NCBI GenBank assembly: GCA_964187785.1
Contig: OZ076409.1
Span: 68,512,001 to 68,576,000, forward strand
DNA length: 64,000 bases
Direction of reading: 5' to 3'
Origin: Amphiscolops sp. MND2022
Taxonomy: Eukaryota
The position numbers and the translations under genes were made by a program. This document shows positions 26,257 through 39,997 of this stretch, in pieces (the stretch's first letter is position 1; the number at the start of each line of letters is the position of its first letter). A model generated the notes under the pieces. The model saw nothing but the letters and a program-made list of their open reading frames with translations, was not told the DNA's origin and did not search any database.

Positions 26257-28606
26257 AAAGATCGAACTATGCTTTACAAAGATAATAGGGAACTTAGCTC
26301 TTTACAAATCTGGCTTAAGATATTGATTTTGTACACAAGACTCGCGGAAAATCCCCAGCGTGTTTTTTACAACAAATTGTCCAGCGCGGCGTCCTTCTGA
26401 TACTATTAAAATCTGTGATCAGAAACTCAAGACTTTTCCAATGATGCATCATACACTGTGATATGTTGAACTTTTATAATCTCTACTTATTCAAGGGTTT
26501 CAGGTTTTTCGAAGTTTCAGATGGTAGTTTCAGTCCAGGTTTTCGAAGCTTATCTAGATAGCTTGTCAAGACCTTTTCAATGGTATATTTTACTTGGTTG
26601 TAGCTCAAATATTTGTTTGTTGAGTTTTGCTATTTTTATTGAATTATTTGCAGTCTCTACATGTTTTAGAGTGAAAGTCTGAATGGAAAAAGTTCACTGC
26701 AGGAACGCTTCTTCATCACTCTCATCACTCAGGCTTTCCGTTTCATCACACTTCACAATTCCCGCCAATTCAAGGCGCCGAAGCATATCTGGCACTACAT
26801 CAACCTAGCTAACTGTTGCTGGAAAAGGCGTTGACGCAACTCTTTAAATATAGCACCTGCTTGAATAACAAAGTTTTAGCAAACATTCCTTCCAAAACAT
26901 TCTCTATCGGCAATTCTAACGATTTCCCAGTTTATTATTCCTGTGTTTATCTAACTGTGTTTATCTAACTGTTAAATCGAAATATTACTGTTTATCGAAA
27001 TATTAAATCAACAGCGTCGTTGACCAGACCGTTGACTCAAAAACTAGCTGTCTGGTAGCCTGCCTGGGACGACTACTCACTGAAAATCACCCAATTGCGC
27101 TCGCTTCTGATTATTCAATTACTACAGAAGTTAGCTCTGATGATAAGGCAACACTCCAGTCAACATGATGGCTGTCTGACTACGAAATGGAATTTACTGC
27201 GTCAATCAACTTGAACGCGATTATTGTGTCGTTTTTATTTAAACAAACTGCGCATCAATAAAAATTGTTTTAAATTGCTGAAGTAAATATGTATAAATAC
27301 TTCAGTTTATTATTTTCGTTGAGCTTTTGTTTTAGATCCAATGTTTTTGTTTTCGCGGCTCTTCTTCCCTGACCTTCCAAGTCGTCTTTATCCTTGCATC
27401 TCGGCGAGGATGGCGACACAAGAAGAGGCGCAGATGCTCTGCAATGTTTTCCATATAAAAATGAAAATCTCCAGGGGGTGTCTACTATCTATGGTAAAAA
27501 AAAGTTGCTTATCAACTGAAAAGTCACAAAAACCCAATTGTGTGGCTTTTCCGAAATATTTGTTTGAAAAACTTCGCACATTAACAAAATTACCCTAAAG
27601 TGTATCCACCAGGATCAAAAACTCATTTTCTAAACGGAACGAATCAAAAAAACTAAAGGACCACAGAACGAAAAATGAAACAAAAGGTGACCCTTAGGAC
27701 TCGAAAAACGGGTTTCCTGAACAGAAGACCTTGAAAAAACCAAAACATGAGTTCAAAAACATTTGTTTGGTAAGCTGTACAGTGGCGAAAAATTTATGCC
27801 GGCAAACGCTTTGTTTCTACTAAAAAATAAAGGTCCCTTTTGGTTGCAAACTTATGCAGAAAAACGTCGCCGAGTGACGACAAAAATCCAAAGAGGCATT
27901 TGGTTTTTCTGTATCTTTGCAAGCATAAAAATGTTCGTCTAGCGCGTGATTCGAACCCACGTCCAATCAGAGGAACCCACCACTTGAAGAATTTCCGTTA
28001 ACCTCCAGGTCGATAAGTTAGAAACTAATTTCTATTTGGCAGAAAGTGGGGAGGGAAAGAAAACGAGATATAATTTTTAAAAACTTATGAACGTCGTGTA
28101 AGCAACATTTTACTTTGTTTCAAAGCGGAAAAATTCTGCAAAATACGACTTGTTAGCCTTGAAAGAATTGAGTAAACCTCTAAAACTCTCGAGCTTAACG
28201 AAACGCGTTGTGGGCGGTAGTTTGCGAACGGGCGGAGGAGCTTTAAGGAATAAAATTGAAGTACAGGGCGGTGCCTGCCTACTAAACAAACCAGTTTAAA
28301 GAAAATATTAAACAACAAATGTCATGCTTGTGACAGTCGCATTTTCAATGAAGCAGTTCCAAGATGCTCCAAGAAACTTAGTTCTATCTTGCAGTTCACT
28401 CTTTTCTTTCTGTGGGAAAATCATAGGACAAAAAAAAACTGGACAAAAAATGCTGGACCTCCTCGTTACCCAGTGACTCGTAAATACTATAAAGGCTGAT
28501 CTTTGTTTTCGAATCTAAAGACCTGAAGGTAACAACGTTGTAAGCCTGAAACATTGTTAGGATGAAGTCAAGGATTAAAAGTTGTAAAAGAAACAAAACT
28601 TGAATA

Positions 28607-28765
28607 AACAAGACGCCCGCTAAGCACCGGGATATTTTCGGCCACAATCGTATGGGGAAGGAGACGTACTGCTGGGAAACAGAAAAAACGATCCCAGCCC
28701 GGGTTTGAACCATAGACTTACTGACTCGCAAGTGGACGCCCTACCAACTGGGCCACCGTGATCTA
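28607..28765 (-). mobile_element. HINE family B copy, truncated by a MITE
   Basis: AACAAGACGCCCGCTAAGCACC end; minus-strand A box TGGCCCAGTTGG (28744-28755) and B box GGTTCAAACCC (28701-28711). Confidence 0.65.
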
Positions 28766-29419
28766 ATTCAATGGATATCCCTGGTTAGAACTGCTTGAAC
28801 TTTTTTCTAAAATTTTTCTAAAATTTTCTATGATTTTCTAAAATTCTCTAAGAAACGTCCATGCATTAAAACCTCACTGATTCGATTTAATTTTATCAAG
28901 CTGCCTATAAAATGCATCCTAAATTTGGCGAAAATTACGAGCGACGAAGTTTTGCAGGTTTCTATGAGACGCCGTTCTATTTTTAGAAAGCAGCTGAGAC
29001 CTTCATCGATTTTACCGCGCTTCCAATGCAAACAAACTTTGTTCATATCAAACGTTTCGAAGTAGCGTCATTATCAGCGTGCTAATTGACTAACGGCGTT
29101 TACATAAGGTACTTACTTTAAGAAACTTACGCTTAAAAACAAAGTGATCGCGACGGTGAAGAAGTCGAATTGTTTTCAGTTTTAACTCAAATAGTGGAGG
29201 CTGCATTGTAATTCTACAAAAAAGTTTCCATGCAGGTGTCACGCTTAATCTCATGATTGGATCTAAACGACTGAAATCTTCAGTCGTCAGAAACTCAGAA
29301 AAACACTTTCTTACCTGAACAATACACATGAAGCTTTTAAATGAGAAAGAACGACCAGCTTAACGAGTCGTCAAGTATTTTAAACTATCTATGCAAACTA
29401 TATTTTCACATATTCCTAC

Positions 29420-30273
29420 TGTCATAGTGCATCGATATTTTCTTCCATAGTGCATCGATTCATTGAACTCAGTAACAGTTCACATTCGTCATTTGGAAAT
29501 CATTTGGCGTTTACGACTAGTGCTAGTAGTCAACAGCCGTATTAGAAGCATCGTTTGAACATTTGTTTTTTCATCAATTGTAAAACTGCAGTAATCACAA
29601 ATAACATTGATACGGGGATTTGTGCTACTAACTTATCGATCAGTGCAAATTACTTCAGCTAGTGCTCAACAGGTGCAATTAGTTCTTGCGTTTCTGGTAT
29701 AGATAATCTTGCGACACAATGATCACGTAGTCCACGAACCAATTAAAGAGCCACAATTAATCGACGCCTAACTGAAAAGTGAGTATCCGTAAAAGGTACT
29801 AACTAACTTCAGTAAGATCTTGCAACCATCAAGTGCAGTCGTTCCAATCTACGCTCTTAGTCTAAATCTCACAATTAGTTTTCGAAGACTTCTCAAAACA
29901 ATAACTCAACTTTACCCAAGTTAATTCTAGAATTCGAGACAATTTTCTCAAAATGGTAAACACCAGAGCACAGGCTTCGCAAAACAATCAATCCAGAGAA
30001 TACGAAATGAACGATTATGATGATAATTCCAGTGATATCAGTTTACCAGATTTTGGTGCACGGACCTTCGAAATAGAAAATAATACCAATAATTACGGAG
30101 AACAGGACAGAAATCATGAGCCGATAGCATCAAACGTAGATTCAGTGGAATGAACAGGCAAATTGATGAGTTAACCTCACTAGTACGGAACTTAACAGAG
30201 AAAATTTCCTCGGGTAACCGAGAAGAGAATGGCAATAACTCACCGCGAAATGGATCCACAAGCCATTCTGACA
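29420..30273 (+). mobile_element. Solo LTR candidate (854 bp) containing a gag-like ORF start
   Basis: TGTCA...TGACA ends. ORF from ATG 29953 (MVNTRAQ...) continues after a frameshift as RFSGMNRQIDELTSLVRNLTEKISS up to the terminal CA. No clear TSD. Confidence 0.55.
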
Positions 30274-31384
30274 GCAGGCTCCCGGAATTTTCCATGTTTT
30301 GTAAAAAAACATAGACTGCATGTTTCAATGCAGCATGTAAAAAGTTCAAGCTATCTCGACTATGGAGTACACTATGGTAGCGGAAGAAAACTTTATTCAG
30401 TTTGTGAAGAACTTTTCGTCTTCTTACCCGGAAATGGAATCAACCACTCTTGAATTGACCTTGGTCAAACCGTTGGGTTCGTACGTTGTTTGCAAATTTG
30501 TTACATTTCGCGTCTTAGATCCACCACACAAAGAAATAAAACAAAAAGATGGGCCTTAAATATCAATCGAAAGCTCAAACAGCCTATCAGTGGTTTTTCA
30601 CAGCAAATTCCATTGCGGCAAAAAAACCTGCAGGCCGGCCAGAGCAATTCCGTGGAAACGAAAAGACTAATCTTACGAAGAGTAGAAAACGATCCACAAC
30701 AACATTAGAACATATAAGAGTATTTCGAAATTTTTTAAATGTCTCCAACATTTCCCAGATGTATTTTCCGAATTCGGAAGAAATATGGACTTGTTTCTAT
30801 TCGAACTGAACTGATAAAGAAGACTTGCCAGAAATCATTGGAGCTCGAGAAGCTTGAATAAGCCACGTTGGTTTTTTCCCGCCTCAGTTTCCAAGATTAT
30901 TTCATTGGGAGAGCACCACAAAGCGCGTTATAAATAAACTGCAAATTGTATTGATTGGATTCAATTGTCATATTAGTTTTCGATTCTTTTGCAATCGGAG
31001 AAAAATTCAGTCGCAAACCAGAAGTTGAATACTTTAAATAATTTTTGTAGTTTAGTTATAGCTCTTTTAGTGGTGCTCTCATTAAATTTTTTCCGTCAAA
31101 TCAAAGAGCTCCCATTCTCCCATTACTTGGTCAAATTTTACGAGACTTGTGAGTTTTTCCTCAGGAAAAATGATGCGACCAAAGTGCTTTTTTAGGAGGA
31201 TCGGAACAAGATATGAAACACTGAATCCAACCTTCGTTTTTTCGCAACTGTGAGACTTTTGTTTTCCTGAGACTCTCGTTAAAAATTGGAATTCAGAACC
31301 TTACACTTCAAGGCCTAAACGCTTGTTTTTGGTCTAGGTTTACTTTCTAGTTCTCAGTTTAGGCTGGATGAAATCTGGGTTTCC

Positions 31385-32039
31385 TGGGAAACGTACTATT
31401 CTCAGATGAAACCCTTGTGCGTGTGAATTGTGACGTTGTTGTAGGGGTGTTTATGAAAAAATGGTAGTTTTGCCGAAAACACTCACGGACTTAGCACAGA
31501 CAACGATCAAGATGTCAGGGGAAGGGAACAAATTAAATGGCAGGAAAATGCTGGTTGAATATCTAGCATCACGTAACGGTTCCGGATGTATTGAGATTTT
31601 AGTTTTAATTGAAAACGGTACGATCGACATTTGAAATTACGGACTTAGTGTTTCAACAAGACAACGCCCCTGAACACAAAATTGAAGTTGCTCGTTTTTG
31701 TGTGGCCCAAAAGCAATAGGAGATGCTCAATTGGCCAGCTCACAGTCCTTATCATCGGAACCTGTCCTGATTGGAAAACTTTGGGCCATTTTCAAAAAAA
31801 AACCTTGCGAGGTCAAAGTGTTGCCCGGAAGAATTTAGAAGAAATTGTGCAGCACCATAAACACTGAAGTTGCTCGCAACTTGTATGAGCATCGCCTTGT
31901 AAAGGAGCTTGTCATCAAAAACAATGGAAGTTCAACCAAATACTAATTACTCTTCGCTTCAGCATTTATCTTTTATATTTTTGTCTGTTCTGATTTTTTT
32001 TAATTATTGGATGTACGTAGTTTTTGACACCATAGCGTA
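31385..32039 (+). mobile_element. Tc1-like transposase relic with probable right end
   Basis: Fragments VLFSDE (31393), VFQQDNAPEHK (31648), NWPAHSP, and C-terminal NNGSSTKY* (stop 31944-31946); TIR-like end followed by TA near 32038. Confidence 0.8.
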
Positions 32040-32260
32040 TGACTGAGTGGATTTTGGCAGAATTTGAAAAAAACTAAGAAACGCAAGTGTCTAGAAAAAA
32101 AATGAGGTCGGATAATGAAAAACGGTAGTTTTTGATATATAGATTGTTACTTTTAGAAAGTGTTAGGGAAAATATGCTCCCGAACTGCTTCACAGCAATA
32201 AAAGCTTTTATGAAAGTTTTGAAGTTTCTTGAATTTCCGTTTGTTCAGTCGGCGGTATAT

Positions 32261-32555
32261 AACAAGACGCCCGTTAAGCACCGCGATGTTTTCCACGACA
32301 CCGCCATCGCAAAAAAAGTAAAGTATGGCGAAAGAGAGGATCAGGCCTGCGATTTAGTGGCTGGGAAACACGAAAAAATTTCAAGCACCTGCCCGAGTTC
32401 GAACCCACGACCTACTGGCTGGGAAAGCAATAAGTGAAGCGCACTTCACTCCATGGAGTGGAGATAAAGTGTAGTTTTGGCAAAAATTGTAAAAAGAAAC
32501 AACGCATCACAGATCATGATTTTCCTCCCCCATTTATGTGGGCTGAAAATAAAAA
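32261..32555 (-). mobile_element. HINE family B copy
   Basis: AACAAGACGCCCGTTAAGCACC at the left end, B box near 32396-32406, CAGAT.ATGATTTTCCTCCCCCATT...GGGCTGAAAATA at the right end. Confidence 0.7.
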
Positions 32556-33599
32556 GAACCGATTATTGTAGTGGCTGTTTCATAAGCAACATTTCTATAA
32601 GTTGTGACTTCTAATTACAATTTGGCCTATCGGTTAAACCGGATCAAGTCTCGTGCTATTCCATCATTTTTGAAGCCTACAAAAGTAAAGAGCAGACTAA
32701 TGCGTTTTTTTCGGCAATGCGCAATTTTTTAACGAATTGTTTTCTGAGTTTCCAGTTTAGTAAAAGGGGTTGCTGGGTCATATGGTTTTTTTTCGGGCAC
32801 TGTATATTCGATAAAATTTACACAGTAGCGCCCCTTTGCATATTCAAAGTAGGATATCGCCTGAGGCTGGCACCTTCCACCACAGATCCATTTTACCTCC
32901 TTGGAGTCGCCCCTCAAGAGAAGCTCTCTGACCGGTCCCAGTCTTTTTTTGATGGGTAACGGCAATCTTGCGTTTACTCTCAAAACTTCCGCTGAATCAA
33001 AATCTCAAATTGCCAAGATTAAACTGCGTAAGTTTACAGTTATTCAGGGTGACCATTAGCCCAACATCCAGAATTGCAATACGTATCCATACATCACCAA
33101 AACATCACAACAAAGTAGAATAATCACGTCCATACGAAAACAATCATCTGGCAAAATCCACATACAGCTCTCAAGCTGGGGCTCTGTAGGTAGGTTTGTA
33201 ATTTAGGCAAGAAAGACTCATGCTAAAGTCACGCTAAAATTGCACAAATAGCCTCTAAATGATGATTTCAGCAACTATTAGAAGAATTTTTCAGAGCATT
33301 CAGAGAGAGAACTCCTCGTGCTGCCGTCGTTTTATATTCAACTGGAGGAAAGCAAAATAAGCAATACCATGCCCAATGCCAAGAATTCGAGTTTTTCACA
33401 AACCTTTTGCGTTTCTTCATCATCATTGTGATTTTTTTCGTCCGCGAATACCGCCACAAAGTTAAAGCACTTTTGTCAAGAATGGTGCAAAGGCTTGTCA
33501 CTTTATATTATAAAGTACTAAACATTTTCACAAAATTTTTTCTTCGAGCATTAAATTGTTTCAGCAGGTTTGAAAGTATCAGTTCTTTCGCTTTCAACC

Positions 33600-34572
33600 A
33601 ATTGTAGCATTTGCTCAATGCATTTTCAAGCTTATTCATACAAGTAGGGTTACTTGTTGCTGGTAAGAGTCCTTTAGCGTTCTCGGTGTGTTGTAATCAA
33701 AGGAATGTTACAGTAATGGTTTGGGAAAAAAAGATGAGTCTGATTTCATTTGGTTGACTAGCTCACTCACCAATTAGTTATATAGAACTCGTATACACTC
33801 AATATGTTGTACTTTGTTTATGTCGCTTTAAGAGATTCTCGGGGATTTTTGAAGAAAATTGCTCTGATATTTCGACGTAGAGATTTTTCAATTGGTTCCA
33901 ACTTTGATTTTCGTGTACTGCCATAATTCAAAGTATCATACCAAACAACAAACGCTTTATAAAAAGATAACACAAGGCTCGTTTGGTAGGTATGTCTGAT
34001 CTTGAACATGAGCCCGCAGCATTTGTCATTTTTTTGTGAAAAAAATTAGGCATGATCACTAAATGCTAAATTTTTATCCAAATGAATGCCCAGATACTTA
34101 GCACATTTTTTATTTGATATGTCTTCAGCAAATGCTGTTGTCAGATTAGCTTTTTCATTTGTTGCAAAGGATATGAACTCACATTTCGAATTATTTATTG
34201 TCAATTTGTTACTTGCGTACCATTTTTGCAATTCTACAGTATTTTCACGTAATTCAGTGGTGGCATTTGTGCCCAAATAATAAACTGAAGTATCATCTGC
34301 AACCAGTGTTATATTACTCTTTTTAGTTGATCATTAATTTAGAAGAGGAAAAGTAAGGGACCGAACACGGAACCTTGGGAAACACCAGTTTTTAAAACTT
34401 TTATATCTGATTTACAGTCTTTTGTGACAACATATTGTTGCCAATCAGTAAGATAGTTAGTAATCATTTCCAACATTGGTTCTCGGTATCCGTACATCTA
34501 AAGTTTTCTTCAGAGTATCTGATGATCGAGAGTGTCAAACGCCTTTTGGAGATCAAAAAAGCAAACGTGCAC
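33600..34572 (-). mobile_element. Non-LTR retrotransposon (CR1/L2-like) RT fragment, degenerate
   Basis: Minus-strand pieces CFFDLQKAFDTLDH, GVSQGSVFGPLLF, VADDTS, WYASNKLTINNSKCEFISF, KYLGIHLDKNL, LSFYKAFV...LNYG. Confidence 0.85.
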
Positions 34573-35397
34573 TTTCATTTCTGAATCAGTTTTATCAGGG
34601 ATATATTTTGTGACTTGCTTGATGGCGTTGCTAAAGATCTCATGCACTCATCAAAGTTGACTTGTTGAGGCTCAAAATCTTTGTGAAAATCAAAATATAA
34701 TACTGCGACATGTGATAATTGACATGTGAAACATTTGGAATCATATTTAATCATGGTTTCATGCTTTTTTATCAGTGTGTTGAAAACAGAATTGCTTATA
34801 GTGACATACACCACTTGTACAAGTTTTGCTAAACCATGTTGGGTCGGTCATGAGATTTACGAAGTTTGTAAACCAAATTATCAAAAGAATTAAATGATAA
34901 TGGGATTTTTTCAAAAGCCTTTTTGGGAAGCAAATTGACTGAATGTTTCCAAAACGAAGCCTCGTTAATGGTCAAACAGCCGTGGAAATGCCAAAAATTG
35001 TGCTTCATGTCTGTAGTATTTTTTACATTTTCACGCGTTAGAAAATCTCATCATTTTTGCGCGAAGCACAGAACATAAATCGAACTATTTTTTTAGACAT
35101 TCCAAGTTGCTTAAGCAAGTAAAAACAGCTGGAAAGGCTATTTAGGCGTATTTCGTTAATGATTTTTGGTATACGAATAATAGAACGAGTGAGTTTGATT
35201 GTTTGAGCAAGATAGAATTGACGTCAACGACGAAATTGTCCGAATTAGCTAAGATAGAATCGACCGCTTAGAGCGAAATTTGCTAAGTTGAATTTTAGAC
35301 GGAAAAAAAGATCTGAGGGAAAAAACACCACCCCTCCCCCCGTTTTTGAGAAGGACTTGTCCGATCGAGCTGAAATTTGGCATGCATAAACTAGAGG

Positions 35398-36938
35398 TGT
35401 TAACTCAATTTTCGACTCGAGGTACCCGACCTCGTACCTCCCCCCAGTCCCGAGCTATTAGCACCGCAAGTGACCTATGTCGACACGCCTACGAACTCGT
35501 CGGCCAAGCACGGAAGAAGTCATATTATATATGGAGTTGATAGCCCACATGACCTTAAGTCGTCTGCGTATTTTCTCGGAACCCTACGACGAGTGTAGGA
35601 GAAGCAGGGACCCTAAGTAAATGAACCTCGAATGTTATGTAAATAGCCGCCGGATGGCCCGAAGATCATCAAACTTGCCCAAGATGTTCACCTACCGACC
35701 CGAAGTGAAATACACGAAAGATACACTGATTGGTCCACCACGCGCGGAGTAATGTTTGTTTGAGGCACGCGGGACCGGACGCGCGGGCGCGACCGATGAA
35801 TGACATTTGACCTTGGCTTGTAATATATCAAACGAACCGGAATGATGAATGTAGCCGATTTATAACGTGAAGGAAACCGTATTTGTAACCCATGCGGAGG
35901 TAACCGCCTTAAGGAAACAAATGATACCCATATCATGTAATTCGGGAACCATTGACCCGAGGACAATATAACTTGGCATGTAGTGACATTAAATGAGGAC
36001 AAATAACTTCAAGGTCACAGATGACCTCAAGGTCATTCTAGATGCAACCCCTGAGGAGATAGGAAAGCGTACATTAAAACATGTATATCAGTGTCTTAAA
36101 GTAAAAATTTATGCATTTCAGTCAGGCGAAACGATTCGCGAGGTATTGCACCTAGGATGATAGAAAAGTACCCCTTACACGTAGAGAACATGTAAACTAT
36201 GTAGTCGAAGGTCATTGAGCGATTTCTTCGATGTTAGAATAATTGTGGGTGACTTGAATCAATATTGAAGTGTCAAATTTGTACAACCATAGTTGAATTG
36301 TTTGTCGTTGGCGGCAAAGAATGTTTAGCCGAAGTATAAAGCGATCAGACTTAGAAGCGATCACCATGCCATAAAAGGAACAGTAAAAATTAAGGTAAAC
36401 TCATGCAAACTCAAGACGCCGACGCCTGTATGTAACGAAAATGTCAAGTATGATAGAAGGTCAAGATGAGATGACCAGAAACACGTGCGATGAACACATA
36501 CATTTGAGACGGATTTGAAATAAACTGAATAGGCAGAACCGAGTTAGAAGGCTGAGAGCAAGTTGAGTCTCGCGGAGACAAGATACTTCTTCGGATTAAC
36601 ACTCGCGCTTCTCGACAACGGAGTTAGAGAGCTACCAGCAAGTTGAGCCTTAAGGCGAAGGCAAGAGACTTGGCTAAGCTAAAGAACTCGTTCGTCAGTA
36701 GCAGTTCTAAAGCCAGAAATTGTACAAGTCCGGGACTTGTGATTGCATGGTTGACTGAATCGGGGATTTCAACCTTAGCTAGTTGTTATATTGATTTGAT
36801 AATTCTTGAAGACACGGTTTTGTTACTGATATTAAAGCAATTGGATTATTGAGCGTTTCCTCTTTTCTTTATCAATCGATGAGAGCCGAACTTGAGCACG
36901 GAGAGACCTTATGAAGAGAATTACGCGCGAATTATACA
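35398..36938. mobile_element. LTR-like segment (~1.5 kb)
   Basis: GC-richer non-coding block with imperfect TGT...ACA ends and AATAAA/ATTAAA motifs. No TSD or PBS seen. Confidence 0.4.
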
Positions 36939-37856
36939 CGATAGAAAAAGCGAAACTCACTCACAAAATTTAAACCTTTCTGATAGAATTAGATTCTTGG
37001 GAGAATCTCTCCTCCGCCGTCGAAATCTAAAATGTCTACAATGTCTATCTGTTCTGTTTTTGTCACAAAAATTTGGAAATGAAATGCTTGAAATTGCACA
37101 TTGACAAAAGCAGTTTTTCGAACTTTATGGAAGTTAAACATAGGCGTGATACTCGCTTATGCCGATCATTAATGATAATGAAGCCGTTTCAGGAACAGAA
37201 GTAATAAACGGAGTCAACAGAAACCAATTTATCCGGAAATGAGGGGAGGCAAAACTGTCAAATTTCAAACTGTTGTATTTCCACAAATGTTTACCAAGAG
37301 CTTTATGGTAGATAGAATATATAGATATGAATTCATTTGTATGATAGTCTGTGGCATAGCACAAAGCAGTTAGACGGAAAAAGAATTAGACATCCAAAAC
37401 AAGGATCGGTACGTAATCGGTACGTAATCTTATACCAATTGACATGGACAGAAATCGAATCAACCGTAAAGAAAAGCGATAAAAGATTTGAAACTACTTT
37501 TCAATGATTTTTCCCGAAAAGACTCAAGCCACAACAGCGGTCAAGTTATTTCTGAAAACTTTTCTAAGCAAGAACGGACCATAAACTGAGAGAAAATTTG
37601 TTTCAAGGGAAAACAAATGATTGAAAAGCGAAAACACGAGGAAAAAAACGAAATATATACGAAAAAAAACGGAAGGAACACAAAAATCAGTTGAAAAGAT
37701 CACGAACGTAGGAAAAAACCTATCCGAACTGTGAAAAAAACAAATGAAAAAGTTTACAAGTATTCAGTCATGTAACTGTTGCCATGCGCTGAACTGGATT
37801 GAACACAAATTGCCACGCAGAAAGTCAAAGATGAACAAACAAACGTTTGATCCAAA

Positions 37857-39438
37857 ATGAGACTAAATGGAGACCAAGAGGTGACTGTACTAGTTAAACT
37901 GAGAGACGGGACAGTTCAAAATGTGAATGGGAATCCCCCTCCATGCAAACTCGATGATCTGGAATGCCAAAGAACATCCTTAGATCCCTATGCTTATATA
38001 TGGGATCACCCAGATAATTGCGTACTTTCAGTTTTGAAGGAAGAACAAGTGAACATGATTAAAAATGAACATCGATATCACATGGTGAGTATTCACTTCA
38101 AAATTCATGTTCCAAGTGAAGAACTACCCCCAGAAATTCTGTAATAAACCGAACGATGTTTACCCAACAAACTAAGATTCCATGTACATTGTAATAAATA
38201 CTGGCGGATTTGGCATGGCCTCTGGAAGAAAAATGGGAATTACAAGAGAATCCTATACCCTCCAGTACTCAACAGACAATTCTGGGAAGCCTGGACTTTA
38301 TGTATACAACAGAGACGCCAGTTAAAGACAAGTATTTAAATACTTGGCTCCATATGGACTACGAAATGCAAGTTGGCACCAAATTGGACTATCTATTTTT
38401 CGAAAGCACCCGATCATTTCAATCTTCTGAGATTCAAATGTTAAAAAACCAATGTGAAGAAGAAAGGACCCAAATCCTCACAATATTGATGCTCTCTTTG
38501 GAAAATCCACGCCTTGCAGGATATATGGTAACTGGAAACAGATCTATGTTCCTTGAAACTGATGGCAGTCTTGCTTGGCTCTACTCTTGTCCTCTAATAT
38601 CATTACCCCTTCATGTCATGAGTAATTGTTATGACAAAATACCCATCTTCTGCGAGGGACAAATTCAATTCGTAGATCCTATCACTCGACAAACGTATCC
38701 TAATGCATATACTCAAAATTGCATTGACAGAATCAAAATCTTTTCCAACTGGATATGCAAGACAAAGATTCCTGGTTTTCGTTAAACCCAGAACCTACAC
38801 ACAGATGCAGACCTGCCATCTTTGGCCCAAAGTAAAATTCCCCTTTACCAAAGATGCCTTTGATGAATCTCAGGATGCTGGAATGTATATAAAAGGACAA
38901 TTCGGTGATTTTTGGGACAGTATTTTGATTAGCGCAGCATCTAAAAATGCTTTACAAAAGTTTTCAGGGGAACTCATTATACCTTCAGCCTCCAACAAAG
39001 GCCTCAATGAATTTGGTTATTATGCACCACGTACACACGTCTACGTGGACAACATCATATCGCCAGGATACTTCAAAGAACAGTTCATCAGCACTTTTGG
39101 TATCATTGAATACTGGTTTAGCAAATTGGGACAATAGTTTGGAGGATTCCTTCTTGTCAAGTTTTTAGTTAATGTGATTGTCATAACATTCCGCTCATTT
39201 GAACTACACCCGAGTAACAGGAGCTTCTTGGAGTCTTGGTAAAATACTCCTCTCAGCAACCTACAATTTATTCACAGTTTCAATGATATCAACAACAAAC
39301 CAAGTTCCCAAACACAATCCAATGGCTTCAGCTACCCCTCCTAACAAAAAATACAATGAGCACGAAACTCTTGAGCATATTTACCATGCCATAACAAGAC
39401 CCCCTACATCAACTATCCATACTGTTTCACCAGTATAA
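37857..39438 (+). pseudogene. Envelope-like glycoprotein (chuvirus-G / class III fusion protein-like), 5'-truncated and frameshifted
   Basis: Consecutive ORF pieces: CKLDDLEC...YIWDHPDNC; QCEEER...NPRLAGY...DGSLAWLYSC...CYDKIPIF...FVDPITR...C; C-terminal hydrophobic FGGFLLVKFLVNVIVITF followed by ...TGASWSLGKILLSATYNLF. Cys spacing and TM/post-TM pattern resemble chuviral glycoproteins as I recall them. Confidence 0.7.
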
Positions 39439-39456
39439 CTATACTTTTATGCTTTT

Positions 39457-39822
39457 GTGTTTTGTACCCAGACCATGCAAAGCGAAAAATCAGTTGCAGA
39501 AGAAATCGAGTCACTAGCCAGCGAACCAAAACCCAAGAACACCGACTTGATTGATCTTCCTCTGCTTTCCCCATCAGATTTTGACTTCCTCCCAACTGAG
39601 ACAAAAGCTGAAGGCGTTGTCAAAACAGCAGCAAATCCTCCACCTAACAGCCTGAAAACAACCCCATTACCATTCAAACGACCTCATCCATCGCCTATCA
39701 AACAATCTCATGGAAAAAGACTGCTTTTTGTATTCAAGAATCATTACGCCGACAACGAAAGAACGAAGAAGCTGTCAACAGATATTCTTTCACTAGAAAT
39801 TCCCGATTTCAATTCGACCTAA
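39457..39822 (+). CDS. Low-complexity Pro/Ser/Thr-rich ORF remnant between env and TRAF genes
   Basis: 121-aa ORF on the same strand and with the same A/C-rich composition as the flanking ORFs; no recognisable domain. Confidence 0.3.
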   Translation: MFCTQTMQSEKSVAEEIESLASEPKPKNTDLIDLPLLSPSDFDFLPTETKAEGVVKTAANPPPNSLKTTPLPFKRPHPSPIKQSHGKRLLFVFKNHYADNERTKKLSTDILSLEIPDFNST

Positions 39823-39997
39823 ATTATCTTTTGAAACGCGAGTATAACCAGTGACATATCGTCTTCTGGGATCCAAATCGCCAAGAATTCACAGTAGAAA
39901 ATCCTATTCTAGGCTATCCACGAATTGTAGTGCCCCTTAGAGGCAATTCAGCGTTCATTTAAAGTTTTTGTGTTATTTTTAAGAACCTCCACTCAAG

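Noticed and set aside
26695..27450. Minus-strand coding remnants (VDVVPDMLRRLELAGIVKCDETESLSDESDEEAFLQ*)
   Set aside because: Short, no recognisable family, and weak splice support.
35398..37857. The 35.4-36.9 kb LTR-like block as 5' LTR of the env/TRAF element
   Set aside because: No PBS follows it, no gag/pol lies between, and no second copy is seen downstream.
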